Below are positions 14,163-23,830 of a stretch of 64,000 nt of DNA, in pieces. A program made the translations under genes and the position numbers. Numbering within the stretch: the stretch's first letter is position 1; every line of letters starts with the position of its first letter. The notes beneath the pieces are model-generated. The model was not told the origin of the DNA and made no database searches. It worked only from the letters and a program-made list of their open reading frames with translations. The stretch comes from an uncultured Gammaproteobacteria bacterium. Its GTDB lineage: Bacteria; Pseudomonadota; Gammaproteobacteria; UBA4575. The stretch covers positions 12,380 to 76,379 of the forward strand of contig CAJQLY010000017.1 in the NCBI GenBank assembly GCA_905479295.1, given 5' to 3'.

Positions 14163-16115
14163 ATGGCTACGTCTAAAGATGAAATGTCTTATAACTTAAC
14201 GTTTCGTAAGTACGAAGAAGGCGATCACACCTGGGGTAACTACGGAGATCAAATCTTCTCAGAAGATACCTCACACAAGTGTCCGACCTACGTACACCGT
14301 ACGCCACCCTGTCAGGGTAGTTGCCCGTCAGGCGAAGATATTCGTGGTTGGTTAGACATTATTCGTGGTATTGAAAACCCACCAACTGACATGTCTATGC
14401 AGGAATATGCATTCCGTCGTTCTACTGATGCTAATCCATTCCCATCAATGATGGGTCGTGTTTGCCCAGCACCTTGTCAAGAAGGTTGTAACCGTAACAA
14501 CGTCGAAGACTTTGTTGGTATTAATGCGGTTGAGCAATACATTGGTGACACAGCGAAGACTGAAAACTTCCAATTTGATGCTGCACCAGCACTATCTGGT
14601 AAGCGTATTGCGATCATCGGTGGTGGCCCAGCCGGTCTAGCTGCAGCATTCCAGCTTCGTAAGAAAGGCCATGCCAGCACCATCTTTGATGATCATGATG
14701 AGTTAGGCGGTATGTTCCGTTACGGCATTCCTGGTTACCGTACACCACGTGATGTGCTTGACCATGAAATTCAGCGAATCATTAACCTAGGTGATATTGA
14801 GACCCGTATGAATATACGTGTTGGTCGCGATGTATCTATGGAAGATGTCGAGAAAGAATTTGATGCAGTTATTTGGGCGCTAGGTTGCCAATCAGGTCGT
14901 AGCTTACCTGTGCCAAACGGTGACGCACCAAACTGTGTCTCTGGTGTTAAATTCCTAGAAGCCTTTAATAAAGGTCTGCTAAAAGTAGCCGCTGACCGTG
15001 TTGTTTGTGTTGGTGGTGGTGATACCTCAATTGACGTTGTATCTGTAGCACGTCGTTTAGGTAAAATTGATAAATTAGAAGCTGAGCAAGCGCCTGAGTT
15101 TGTTATCGGTGGATACGTAGCCCATGACGCAGCTTTTGCTGCTGCCCGTGAAGGTGCTGAAGTCACACTGACATCACTATTCCAACGCGCTGAAATGACA
15201 GCTGCTGAGTGGGAAGTTCATGAAGCAGTACACGAAGGTGTTCGTATCGATAACGGTGTTATGCCAGTTGAAGTTATCGTCAACGCTGAAGGCCGTGCAA
15301 CAGCATTACGTATGGCAAAATGTGAATTAGAAGGTGGTCGTCCAACACCAGTTGCCGGTACTGAATACGATATCGAATGTGATTTGATCGTATCAGCGAT
15401 TGGTCAGGGTGGTGATTTAGAAGGCCTAGAAGGTATGGATAATGGTCGTGGTCTAATCGACGCAGACAAGCATTACCAAGTACCAGAAAAAGAAGGTCAC
15501 TTCGTTTGTGGTGACATCATTCGTCCACACTTACTAACTACAGCGATTGGCCAAGCCTCTATCTGTGCAGATAGTGTTGACCATTACCTTGCTGAAAGTG
15601 AGATGGCTAAGCGTCCTAAAGTTGACGTCCATCACTTCAGCCTACTATCGAAATTACAAGAGACTGGTTTAGAGCCAGGTGATTACGAGAGTGGCGCACA
15701 TCACGGTACAGACGAAGCAGAATACTCAGTACACAACTATGAAGATCGTTCAGCGCAAGAAGTGATTGCATCAGATCGTTTGTACTTGGCGCACTTTGAT
15801 TACACACCACGCGGTCAACGCGACACAGAAGTGCCTGATTCAGAAACAGTACTAGGACACTTTGAAGAGCGTGTAATTGGCTTTAGTGAAGCAGAAGCTG
15901 TCGAAGAAGCAAAACGTTGCATGAGTTGTGGTATGTGTTTTGAGTGTGATAACTGTGTTATCTACTGCCCACAAGATGCTGTTTTCCGAGTTAGCAAAGA
16001 CAAGAAGACCACAGGTCGTTACGTTGATACTGACTACGCAAAATGTATTGGTTGCCACATTTGTGCTGATGTTTGCCCTACAGGCTACATTGATATGGCA
16101 CTAGGTGATCACTAA
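14163..16115 (+). CDS. dsrL: DsrL, GltD-like NAD(P)H oxidoreductase with a C-terminal ferredoxin domain
   Basis: 650 aa. Dinucleotide folds IIGGGPAGLAAA and VGGGDTSIDV. C-terminal CMSCGMCFECDNC..CP and CIGCHICADVCP. Confidence 0.92.
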   Translation: MATSKDEMSYNLTFRKYEEGDHTWGNYGDQIFSEDTSHKCPTYVHRTPPCQGSCPSGEDIRGWLDIIRGIENPPTDMSMQEYAFRRSTDANPFPSMMGRVCPAPCQEGCNRNNVEDFVGINAVEQYIGDTAKTENFQFDAAPALSGKRIAIIGGGPAGLAAAFQLRKKGHASTIFDDHDELGGMFRYGIPGYRTPRDVLDHEIQRIINLGDIETRMNIRVGRDVSMEDVEKEFDAVIWALGCQSGRSLPVPNGDAPNCVSGVKFLEAFNKGLLKVAADRVVCVGGGDTSIDVVSVARRLGKIDKLEAEQAPEFVIGGYVAHDAAFAAAREGAEVTLTSLFQRAEMTAAEWEVHEAVHEGVRIDNGVMPVEVIVNAEGRATALRMAKCELEGGRPTPVAGTEYDIECDLIVSAIGQGGDLEGLEGMDNGRGLIDADKHYQVPEKEGHFVCGDIIRPHLLTTAIGQASICADSVDHYLAESEMAKRPKVDVHHFSLLSKLQETGLEPGDYESGAHHGTDEAEYSVHNYEDRSAQEVIASDRLYLAHFDYTPRGQRDTEVPDSETVLGHFEERVIGFSEAEAVEEAKRCMSCGMCFECDNCVIYCPQDAVFRVSKDKKTTGRYVDTDYAKCIGCHICADVCPTGYIDMALGDH

Positions 16116-16160
16116 GCAATCCTGACGCTAGACGTACAGTAGTAGAAGTAAACGACTATT

Positions 16161-16652
16161 ATGGGAATACTCTTGTCAAAGTTAGCTGTAATTAAGCATA
16201 GCCTTGCCCTTATCCTGGTTTTAATCCTGGGTATGGGCTCGGTATATGCGGTTGATAAGCACGCCATCAATGTTCCAGCACCGAAAGGTGAAGAATGTGT
16301 TGAAGATGCAAAATGGATGCGTGTTAATCACTTTAAGACCGTATTAAATCATCGTGATGATACGGTTATACGTGGTATTCGTACGGAAAAGCATAGCTTA
16401 AAGAACTGCATCGACTGTCATATTACACCGAATAAAACAGGTGACTATGCGCGCTATTCTAATAGTGAAGAGCATTTTTGTGCGTCTTGTCATACCACTG
16501 CTGCGGTCTCTATTGACTGCTTTAGTTGTCATGCCGATCGTCCAGAGCATGTCATTCGTGCAGCACGTCAACAGAGTCAACTTGAAGCCCTCAAGAAAAA
16601 CTCAGTTCACGTTAGCGCAACCGAATTAATTCTCAACACACCACAGCCGTAA
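16161..16652 (+). CDS. dsrJ: DsrJ, triheme cytochrome c
   Basis: 163 aa. N-terminal signal/anchor and three CxxCH motifs (CIDCH, CASCH, CFSCH). Confidence 0.92.
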   Translation: MGILLSKLAVIKHSLALILVLILGMGSVYAVDKHAINVPAPKGEECVEDAKWMRVNHFKTVLNHRDDTVIRGIRTEKHSLKNCIDCHITPNKTGDYARYSNSEEHFCASCHTTAAVSIDCFSCHADRPEHVIRAARQQSQLEALKKNSVHVSATELILNTPQP

Positions 16653-17443
16653 TGAATGAGATGAATAAGAAGTACGCACTTCTGAGTAAGTCAGATGACA
16701 ACGCAAGCCAAGCTGTAGACCAAGGCAAGCGTACATTTATTGGTGGGCTTGTCGGTGCCAGTGGCCTCGCAGTTGCGCCAGGCGTTATGCTTTATCAAAC
16801 AGCCGCTGCAAAACCATTGGAACAAGCTGTTAGTAATGCAGTGCGTTGGGGCATGCTAGTTAACGTGAATCAATGTGCAGAAGATTGTGATGACTGTGTC
16901 ACCGCCTGTAATGATGAACATGGTTTATGGCCTGAAGAAGGTTCGACCACTGACTCGCAATGGATTCGTAAGTTAACAGTGAAAGATCCAAGCACAGGGA
17001 ATGCCAAGTCATTGCCAATGATGTGCCAACACTGTGAGAATCCACCCTGTGTTGATGTTTGCCCAACGGGTGCATCGTTTAAACGCGAAGACGGTATCGT
17101 ACTAGTTAACATGCACACCTGTATCGGTTGTCGTTATTGCATGATGGCCTGCCCATATAAGGCGCGTTCATTTGTTCACGAAACCTTAGAAAACCAATTG
17201 CCAGATTCGCCACGCGGTAAGGGCTGTGTCGAAAGCTGTAATATGTGTGTGAACAAGATTGATGCGGGTGATAACACCACCGCCTGTGCTGAAGCCTGTT
17301 CTAAAGCAGGTCATGAAGCCATCACCTTTGGTGATCTAAATGATCCAGAAAGTGATATTTCAACGCAACTTAAAGCCCATGGCGGTAACCAGATCCGTGC
17401 TGATCTTGGATTAAATACCGGCGTTCGCTACCAGGGACTATAA
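16652..17443 (+). CDS. dsrO: DsrO, periplasmic Fe-S (ferredoxin-like) subunit
   Basis: 263 aa. ATG overlaps the dsrJ stop (TAATG). Leader KRTFIGGLVGASGLAVAP. Motifs CQHCENPPCVDVCP and CIGCRYCMMACP. Confidence 0.9.
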   Translation: MNEMNKKYALLSKSDDNASQAVDQGKRTFIGGLVGASGLAVAPGVMLYQTAAAKPLEQAVSNAVRWGMLVNVNQCAEDCDDCVTACNDEHGLWPEEGSTTDSQWIRKLTVKDPSTGNAKSLPMMCQHCENPPCVDVCPTGASFKREDGIVLVNMHTCIGCRYCMMACPYKARSFVHETLENQLPDSPRGKGCVESCNMCVNKIDAGDNTTACAEACSKAGHEAITFGDLNDPESDISTQLKAHGGNQIRADLGLNTGVRYQGL

Positions 17444-17445
17444 GC

Positions 17446-18648
17446 ATGGATACCCTCAGATACGGTGCAATTGATGCGCGTTCTCCTAAATATTGGGCCT
17501 TATTAATTGGCCTTGGTTTGGTTGCTATGATTGGCGTGCTATCGGCACACCACATGGAAGTTGAAGGTCATGTCATTAGTGGCATGAACAACCAAATCGT
17601 ATGGGGCATGCCTCATGTATTCGCAGTATTTCTTATTGTCGCCGCTTCTGGCGCACTTAACGTGGCCTCTATTGCCTCAGTCTTTGGTAAAACTGAATAC
17701 AAGCCTTTGGGCCGGTTATCAGCACTACTAGCGATTGCATTATTGGCTGGCGGTCTAGCGGTACTGGTACTCGATTTAGGTCGTCCTGATCGCCTCATCG
17801 TTGCCATGACCACATATAACTTTAAGTCGATTTTTGCTTGGAATATTCTGCTCTACACCGGTTTCTTTGCCATAGTTGGTTTCTACATGTGGTGCATGAT
17901 GGATCACGCCATGCAGAAATTCAGTAAACAAGCAGGCCTATTCGCATTTATCTGGCGCTTGATCCTAACCACCGGTACTGGTTCAATTTTTGGTTTCTTA
18001 GTCGCACGTAGTGCTTATGATACGGCGATGCTAGCACCGATGTTCATCATGATGTCCTTTGCTCTTGGTCTAGCTTTCTACATTATTGTTATGTTGGCTA
18101 GTTATCAGTGGAGCGAACGCCCGGTTGGTGACTTGATTGTTAACCGTATGCGTAACCTGTTGGGTATCTTTGTAGCTGCTGTGATGTACTTTGTAGCGGT
18201 CTATCACGTAACCAACCTGTATGCCACAGAACACCATGCAGTAGAGAAATTCCTCCTATTAGATGGCGGTATCTTCACACAGCTATTCTGGTACGTGCAG
18301 ATCTTGCTTGGTGGCATAGTGCCATTAGCCTTGATCTATGCACCGCAAACACGCAACTGTAGACGTGCATTATTAGCCGCCTGTGCACTCGTATTGATTG
18401 GTGGCATGGCACACATCTATATCATTATTGTTGGTGGCCAAGCGTTTCCAATAGAGATGTTCCCAGGAATGGAAGTCAGCAGTAGCTTCTTTGATGGCGA
18501 GGTGAGTGCTTACACACCAAGTCTATGGGAAATCCTGTTAGGCTTTGGTGGCATCGCCATCACTCTATTATTGGTAACGGTAGGTGTAGCAATTTTAGAC
18601 TTCTTGCCTGAGAGCCTAGCGGACAATATCGTCAGCCATAAGAAATAA
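17446..18648 (+). CDS. dsrP: DsrP, NrfD/PsrC-like integral membrane subunit
   Basis: 400-aa polytopic membrane ORF starting 2 nt after dsrO. Last gene before the terminator. Confidence 0.9.
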   Translation: MDTLRYGAIDARSPKYWALLIGLGLVAMIGVLSAHHMEVEGHVISGMNNQIVWGMPHVFAVFLIVAASGALNVASIASVFGKTEYKPLGRLSALLAIALLAGGLAVLVLDLGRPDRLIVAMTTYNFKSIFAWNILLYTGFFAIVGFYMWCMMDHAMQKFSKQAGLFAFIWRLILTTGTGSIFGFLVARSAYDTAMLAPMFIMMSFALGLAFYIIVMLASYQWSERPVGDLIVNRMRNLLGIFVAAVMYFVAVYHVTNLYATEHHAVEKFLLLDGGIFTQLFWYVQILLGGIVPLALIYAPQTRNCRRALLAACALVLIGGMAHIYIIIVGGQAFPIEMFPGMEVSSSFFDGEVSAYTPSLWEILLGFGGIAITLLLVTVGVAILDFLPESLADNIVSHKK

Positions 18649-18683
18649 GACTATCTGCATTACTTAAGACTTAAATCTTAGTC

Positions 18684-18724
18684 AAAAAAAGCGGGCCCTG
18701 ATTAATTCAGGGCCCGCTTTTTTT
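18684..18724 (+). terminator. intrinsic (bidirectional-looking) terminator of the dsrA-P operon
   Basis: A7, then GCGGGCCCTGA-TTAAT-TCAGGGCCCGC, then T7. The 11-bp stem is perfect. Confidence 0.85.
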
Positions 18725-18748
18725 ATACCTACGATTTAATGAATGATT

Positions 18749-18794
18749 TTATAGGCGGGTAATAATTTGCTGGGTGAACTCAATGGTGGATGCA
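18749..18794 (-). pseudogene. orphan duplicate of the 3' end of the icd-like gene
   Basis: Minus-strand translation gives ..SASTIEFTQQIITRL*, compared with ..SASTTEFTQQIIARL* at the real gene end (19659). No upstream coding continuation. Confidence 0.7.
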
Positions 18795-18795
18795 G

Positions 18796-18822
18796 AATCA
18801 ATAGGGTCAGACTCGATTGATT
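18796..18822. repeat. 27-bp palindromic element AATCAATAGGGTCAGACTCGATTGATT (copy 1)
   Basis: 7-bp terminal inverted repeats AATCAAT/ATTGATT. Lies 6 nt downstream of the DJ-1-like stop. A second copy at 19536-19562 differs at 1 nt. Confidence 0.8.
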
Positions 18823-18828
18823 CTCTAG

Positions 18829-19509
18829 TTATGAAAAAAGCTCAAGAATAGCTTTTGCAACAGCTTCAGATGATGCTGGATTTTGACCCGTTATAAGTTT
18901 CCCATCTGTTATTGCATACGATTGCCAATCATCAACTTTGGAATATTCACCGCCTAATCTAATAAGCTCATCTTCAACTAAAAGTGGGACGACTTGAGTT
19001 AATTGCACTGCATCTTCTTCGGAGTTTGTAAAACCAGCTACTTTTTTACCCTTAACCAAGGGCTCCCCATTAGGAGTCTTCGCTTTGAGTAGAACTGCTG
19101 GCGCATGACAGACTGATGCAACGGGCTTATTTGCTGCAACCATAGCCTCAATAATAGCAATTGAATCTTGGTCATTTGCTAAATCCCAAAGCAGACCATG
19201 CCCTCCTGGATACATAACAGCATCATAATCCTCTGGCTTTATATCTGAGAGCTTAGAAGTATTAGCAAGAACTGCCTGAGCATTGGAATCGCTTTTGAAT
19301 CGTTCAGTGGCAGCAGTCTGAAAGTCTGGCTCATCACTTTTTGGATCAATTGGTGGTTGTCCACCCTTTGGCGATGCCAATGTGATATTGGCCCCTGCAT
19401 CCAGCAAGGTAAAGTAAGGAGCCGCAAACTCCTCCAGCCAAAAACCAGTCTTAAGACCTGTTTCTCCTAATTTATTATGCGATGTGAGTATTATTAAAAC
19501 ATTCATCAT
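18829..19509 (-). CDS. DJ-1/PfpI (class I glutamine amidotransferase-like) family protein
   Basis: Nucleophile-elbow Cys in PVASVCHAPAVL. Start trimmed to MMNVLIILTSH so that it does not run into the upstream repeat. Confidence 0.8.
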   Translation of the reverse strand: MMNVLIILTSHNKLGETGLKTGFWLEEFAAPYFTLLDAGANITLASPKGGQPPIDPKSDEPDFQTAATERFKSDSNAQAVLANTSKLSDIKPEDYDAVMYPGGHGLLWDLANDQDSIAIIEAMVAANKPVASVCHAPAVLLKAKTPNGEPLVKGKKVAGFTNSEEDAVQLTQVVPLLVEDELIRLGGEYSKVDDWQSYAITDGKLITGQNPASSEAVAKAILELFS

Positions 19510-19535
19510 GTGATCTCTATATGTAGTTGGTGGCA

Positions 19536-19562
19536 AATCAATAGGGTCAGACTCTATTGATT
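19536..19562. repeat. 27-bp palindromic element AATCAATAGGGTCAGACTCTATTGATT (copy 2)
   Basis: Direct-orientation copy on the other side of the DJ-1-like gene. Confidence 0.8.
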
Positions 19563-19590
19563 ATGGTCTCCAATACTGAAGTCTTGATCC

Positions 19591-19704
19591 AAAAAAAAGC
19601 GGGCCCTAATTAATTCAGAGTCCGCTCTTTATTATGCCTAGGATTTAACGAATGCTTTTTATAGGCGGGCAATAATTTGCTGAGTGAACTCAGTAGTGGA
19701 TGCA
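19591..19704. repeat. copy B of the duplication (degenerate terminator + functional 3' end of the icd-like gene)
   Basis: The hairpin is decayed here: GCGGGCCCT..AGAGTCCGC has 2 stem mismatches and the T-tract is interrupted. Confidence 0.8.
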
Positions 19705-20675
19705 CTGCCACCTAGGTCGCCAGTCAAATGTTTACCTGAAGCCAGCTGGGCATCTAGCGCTTCACGCAGACGTGTAGCTTTCTCATGTTCTTCAACGTGA
19801 TCCAACATCATTGCTGATGCGAGCATCAATGCGGTTGGGTTGGCTAATTGCTTGCCGGTGATATCAGGGGCTGATCCGTGCACAGCTTCGAATATAGCCG
19901 CATCTTCACCGATGTTACCGGATGGCGCCAAGCCTAGGCCGCCAACTAAGCCAGCAATCTCGTCGGATAGAATATCGCCAAACATATTGGTCGTGATCAA
20001 GACATCGAACTGGTTGGGGTTGAGTACTAACTGCATCGCACAGTTGTCGACAATGCGTTCATCAATTTTTAGCTTATCAACGTATTTTTTACCGATGTTA
20101 GTTGCAGTCTCTAAGAATAGGCCCGTGAGTTTTTTTAAAATATTCGCTTTATGCACGATGGTGACACGCTTGCGGTTGTTTCGAATGGCCCAATTAAAGG
20201 CGAACTCGGAAAAGCGGGTGCAGCCATGGCGGGTGATAATGCCAGAGGCCTCGGCCACAGCATGTGGGTCATCGGCAATCGGAATATAGTGTTCGACACC
20301 GACATAGAGACCTTCTAGATTTTCACGAATCAGGACTAAATCAACGTTCTCAAAGCGTCCGCCGACTAAAAAGCTACGTGCTGGGCGGACATTAGCGAAA
20401 AGTTTAAATTCCTCACGTAAACGGACATTAATAGAGCGGAAACCATCCCCTACAGGCGTCGTCAGAGGCCCTTTCAGCGCAAGTTTTGTCTTGCGAATAC
20501 TAGTGATAGTATTTTCTGGGAGAGGGTCGCCATGGGCATCTACTGCCGCCATGCCGGCGAGTTGTGTATCCCAATCAAACTTTGCGCCTAATACATCTAA
20601 AACTTGTAATGTGGCATCTACGATTTCGGGACCGATGCCATCACCGGGAATTAGGGTTGCAGGTATTCTTTCCAC
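19659..20675 (-). CDS. isocitrate/isopropylmalate dehydrogenase family protein (probably NAD-dependent isocitrate dehydrogenase)
   Basis: 338 aa. GDGIGPEI, LKGPLTTPVG..FRS.NV.LR and NMFGDILSD motifs of beta-decarboxylating dehydrogenases. Confidence 0.8.
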   Translation of the reverse strand: MERIPATLIPGDGIGPEIVDATLQVLDVLGAKFDWDTQLAGMAAVDAHGDPLPENTITSIRKTKLALKGPLTTPVGDGFRSINVRLREEFKLFANVRPARSFLVGGRFENVDLVLIRENLEGLYVGVEHYIPIADDPHAVAEASGIITRHGCTRFSEFAFNWAIRNNRKRVTIVHKANILKKLTGLFLETATNIGKKYVDKLKIDERIVDNCAMQLVLNPNQFDVLITTNMFGDILSDEIAGLVGGLGLAPSGNIGEDAAIFEAVHGSAPDITGKQLANPTALMLASAMMLDHVEEHEKATRLREALDAQLASGKHLTGDLGGSASTTEFTQQIIARL

Positions 20676-20807
20676 TGAAAATGAACCTCATTGTGTGTAC
20701 TTTTTACTTTCTGTGCCTCAGATGAGGCGTGGCTACATTATCTCGCCCCTAGCTAAGGGTGCAACCATTTATGCAAAATCTTTAAGCCCAATATGGCATA
20801 GAGATAT

Positions 20808-20833
20808 AAAAAAGGCACCTATTTATAGGTGCC
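20808..20833 (-). terminator. intrinsic terminator downstream of rimO
   Basis: The minus-strand RNA reads GGCACCUA-UAAA-UAGGUGCC followed by U6. Confidence 0.75.
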
Positions 20834-20963
20834 TAAATAGGAAAAACTAGCTTAGCTATCAGCTAGTTAGAACGTATGGAGTGTTGAAAGTCACATGCTG
20901 GCCCAGTAACGAGCAATGGCATAATGCATTAATATTTTTACACTGTGATGACGCTGACTTCAC

Positions 20964-22295
20964 CTAATCGGCTACACTTGCGATTAAGTCGTACTCAGTG
21001 GCCTCTTCAATATTGACCTTGATGATGTCACCAACGGCCAAATTTTCACCACCATAAACGCGAACTACGCCATCAATCTCAGGTGCATCGGCGTAACTCC
21101 TAGCGGTGGCGACTTCCTCATCAATGGTATCGATCAACACATCTAAGCTATGGCCAACTTTTTGCTCCAACTTATCTTCACTAATCTCTGCTTGTGTTTG
21201 CATAAATCTGTGCCAGCGTTCTTCTTTAACTTCATCCGGCACTTGATCTTCAATGGCATTCGCAGTTGCCCCCTGTACCGGTGAATACTGAAAACAGCCA
21301 ACCCGCTCGAGCTGAGCCTCACGTAGAAAATCGAGTAACTGCTGGAAATCATCATCAGTCTCGCCGGGGAAGCCAACAATAAAAGTACTGCGAATGGCAA
21401 TATCTGGGCAGATTTCACGCCAGCGATTAATTTGCGCCATGGTGTTGCTGCTTGATGCTGGACGTTTCATCGCTTTCAGGATGCGTGGACTAGCATGCTG
21501 AAATGGTACATCGATATACGGCAGAATCTTACCTTCAGCCATCAACGGGATAATTTTTTCGACATGTGGGTAAGGGTAAACGTAATGTAGACGTACCCAA
21601 ATGCCTAATTCTGATAATGCAGAGCAGAGATCGAGTAGAGTGTTTTGGTAAACCCGGCCACGCCACATCTGTGCCTCATTACGGATATCGAGGCCATAGG
21701 CGCTGGTGTCTTGCGAAATAATCAGTAATTCTTTCACCCCAGCAGCGGCTAGTGCCTCTGCTTCTTGCATAATGCTACCGAGCTCTCGACTCGCTAGTTT
21801 GCCGCGCATCGAAGGGATAATACAAAAACTGCATTTGTGATTGCAGCCTTCAGAAATCTTGATGTAAGCGTAGTGTTTGGGCGTTAATTTGATGCCCTGT
21901 GGTGGAATTAAACTCGTAAAGGGGTCGTTTTTGATGGGTACTGCAGAGCGAATACTCCGCATAACACTATCGACATCCTGTGGCCTAGAGATACTCAAGA
22001 CTTCAGCTGGGATGGCGTCCACATCTTCAGGGTTGACGCCCATGCAGCCGGTAACAATTACCTTGCCATTTTCTTCTAAGGCTTCAGCGATGGTTTCTAA
22101 TGATTCTTGTTTTGCTGAATCAATAAAGCCACAGGTGTTTACGACTACGGCATCTGCACCGTCGTAGTCAGGTGCAATCTCATAACCTTCTGAGCGCAGT
22201 TGCGTAATAATGCGTTCTGAGTCGACTAGTGCCTTCGGGCAGCCGAGACTAATAAGACCAATTTTTGGCATAGAACTGTTGTTAGTTGAAGTCAC
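20964..22295 (-). CDS. rimO: ribosomal protein S12 methylthiotransferase
   Basis: 443 aa. N-terminal MTTase cysteines (LGCPKA, NTCGF, TGCMG), radical-SAM CNHKCSFC, and a C-terminal TRAM-like region. Confidence 0.9.
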   Translation of the reverse strand: MTSTNNSSMPKIGLISLGCPKALVDSERIITQLRSEGYEIAPDYDGADAVVVNTCGFIDSAKQESLETIAEALEENGKVIVTGCMGVNPEDVDAIPAEVLSISRPQDVDSVMRSIRSAVPIKNDPFTSLIPPQGIKLTPKHYAYIKISEGCNHKCSFCIIPSMRGKLASRELGSIMQEAEALAAAGVKELLIISQDTSAYGLDIRNEAQMWRGRVYQNTLLDLCSALSELGIWVRLHYVYPYPHVEKIIPLMAEGKILPYIDVPFQHASPRILKAMKRPASSSNTMAQINRWREICPDIAIRSTFIVGFPGETDDDFQQLLDFLREAQLERVGCFQYSPVQGATANAIEDQVPDEVKEERWHRFMQTQAEISEDKLEQKVGHSLDVLIDTIDEEVATARSYADAPEIDGVVRVYGGENLAVGDIIKVNIEEATEYDLIASVAD

Positions 22296-22391
22296 TGTGT
22301 TCGCTATCGCAAGGTTGGAGTGCTAAAGTGAGAACCTTCACATTGCACTATAAAAGCATCATTTTCTTACAGTTCTTAGCCAGTTAAGCCT

Positions 22392-23759
22392 ATGGGCCAA
22401 ATTCTTATTTCTGCCGCACATAAATCCTCCGGCAAAACAATTATAAGCAGCGGTATCTGTGCCGCGCTAGTTGCACGTGGTTTGCGCGTACAACCATTCA
22501 AAAAGGGTCCTGATTATATCGATCCTATGTGGTTAAGCACAGCAGCAAAACGAGATTGTTATAACTTAGACTTTTGGACACAAAGCGATGCCGAGATTAC
22601 GACCTTATTCAAAAGTAAAAGTGCAGATGCTGACTTTACTCTGATTGAAGCCAATAAGGGGCTTTATGATGGCCTGGATCTGGATGGCTCGAATAGTAAT
22701 GCGGCATTGGCAAAGCTCTTAGGTAGTTCGGTTGTGTTGGTGTTGGATTGTCGTGGCACGATTCGAGGGGTTGCACCTTTGTTATTGGGCTACCAACAGT
22801 TTGACCCTGAGGTGAATATCAGCGGTGTGATTCTGAATTTTGTCGGTGGTGCACGACACGAACAGAAATTACGTGAGGTGATAGCACGTTATACCGATAT
22901 CCCAGTCCTAGGTGCAGTGCAACGAAATGATGAGGTATTCGTAGAAGAGCGTTACCTCGGTTTAATCCCAAGCAACGAGGATGCAATTGCCAATGCACGC
23001 GTGCAAGCCTTGGCGGCGGTGATTGAGCAACAGGTGGATTTGGATCTGTTATTACAAAACGCTGCTGTCATCGAGCAGGGTGATAGCATCATGCCAATTA
23101 GCAGCCCCTCCATGCCCTCACGCCGATTACGTGTGGCTTACGCCCATGATGAGGCTTTCGGCTTTTACTATCCAGATGATTTAGAGACTTTCACTGCACT
23201 GGGTGCTGAACTATTGCCTTTTAATAGTCTGCAAGATGAACGGTTACCAGAGGCAGATGCTTTGTTTATTGGGGGTGGATTTCCTGAACGCAAAGCACAG
23301 CAGTTAGAACATAACAGCAGCTTACGTCATGAGATTAAGCAGGCATTAGTGAATGGTATGCCCGCTTATGCAGAATGTGGTGGTCTGATGTATCTATGTA
23401 ATGCCATCGTGGAAAAAGGTCAGCGCAGTGAGATGGTTGGACTGATTGATGCAGACTGCGTGATGAGTGATAAACCCCAAGGTCGTGGTTATACCTGTTT
23501 TAAGGATACCGCTGAGAGTCTGTGGCAGCCAACACGGACTGCAAGTATGAACGCACACGAATTTCATTACTCACAGCTATCAGAGTTAGGGCAGGACTAT
23601 GCTATGAGTTTTAGCGTTACACGCGGACAGGGGATTAGCGGTAAGCAGGATGGTTTACGTGTACACAATACACTAGCTTGCTATACACATCAGCGACACA
23701 CCGAGCAAAATCAGTGGATTAGTCGATTTTTAGCCTTTGCCGCGAGTTGTACGCGGTAA
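22392..23759 (+). CDS. dsrN: DsrN, CobB/CbiA-like amidotransferase (siroheme amidase)
   Basis: 455 aa. P-loop HKSSGKT and a C-terminal GATase-type Cys in AECGGLMYL. Followed by dsrR. Confidence 0.8.
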   Translation: MGQILISAAHKSSGKTIISSGICAALVARGLRVQPFKKGPDYIDPMWLSTAAKRDCYNLDFWTQSDAEITTLFKSKSADADFTLIEANKGLYDGLDLDGSNSNAALAKLLGSSVVLVLDCRGTIRGVAPLLLGYQQFDPEVNISGVILNFVGGARHEQKLREVIARYTDIPVLGAVQRNDEVFVEERYLGLIPSNEDAIANARVQALAAVIEQQVDLDLLLQNAAVIEQGDSIMPISSPSMPSRRLRVAYAHDEAFGFYYPDDLETFTALGAELLPFNSLQDERLPEADALFIGGGFPERKAQQLEHNSSLRHEIKQALVNGMPAYAECGGLMYLCNAIVEKGQRSEMVGLIDADCVMSDKPQGRGYTCFKDTAESLWQPTRTASMNAHEFHYSQLSELGQDYAMSFSVTRGQGISGKQDGLRVHNTLACYTHQRHTEQNQWISRFLAFAASCTR

Positions 23760-23830
23760 AGGTTAATAGTGTGGGCTGGTATACTTACCCATATCATATT
23801 TAAAAAATTCGGAAGGTTTAGGTTAAATAG

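Larger units (their letters stand above)
18684..18794. repeat. copy A of a ~111-bp duplication (terminator + last codons of the icd-like gene)
   Basis: Aligns by eye at roughly 85% identity, with two 1-nt indels, to 19591-19704. Confidence 0.8.

Noticed and set aside
14771-15166. Antisense or alternative-frame ORFs inside well-supported genes. Examples: 369-605, 8243-8620, 14771-15166, 19840-20289, 27431-27874, 46390-46782, 50615-50956, 57510-58310 and 60821-61144.
   Set aside because: These are shadow ORFs opposite or within strongly motif-supported genes. They have biased low-complexity compositions (Ser/Arg/Ala-rich) and no RBS.
20491-20850. 119-aa plus-strand ORF crossing the icd-like start and its upstream region
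   Set aside because: It overlaps the 5' end of the well-supported minus-strand dehydrogenase gene and runs through the rimO terminator. It has no RBS.
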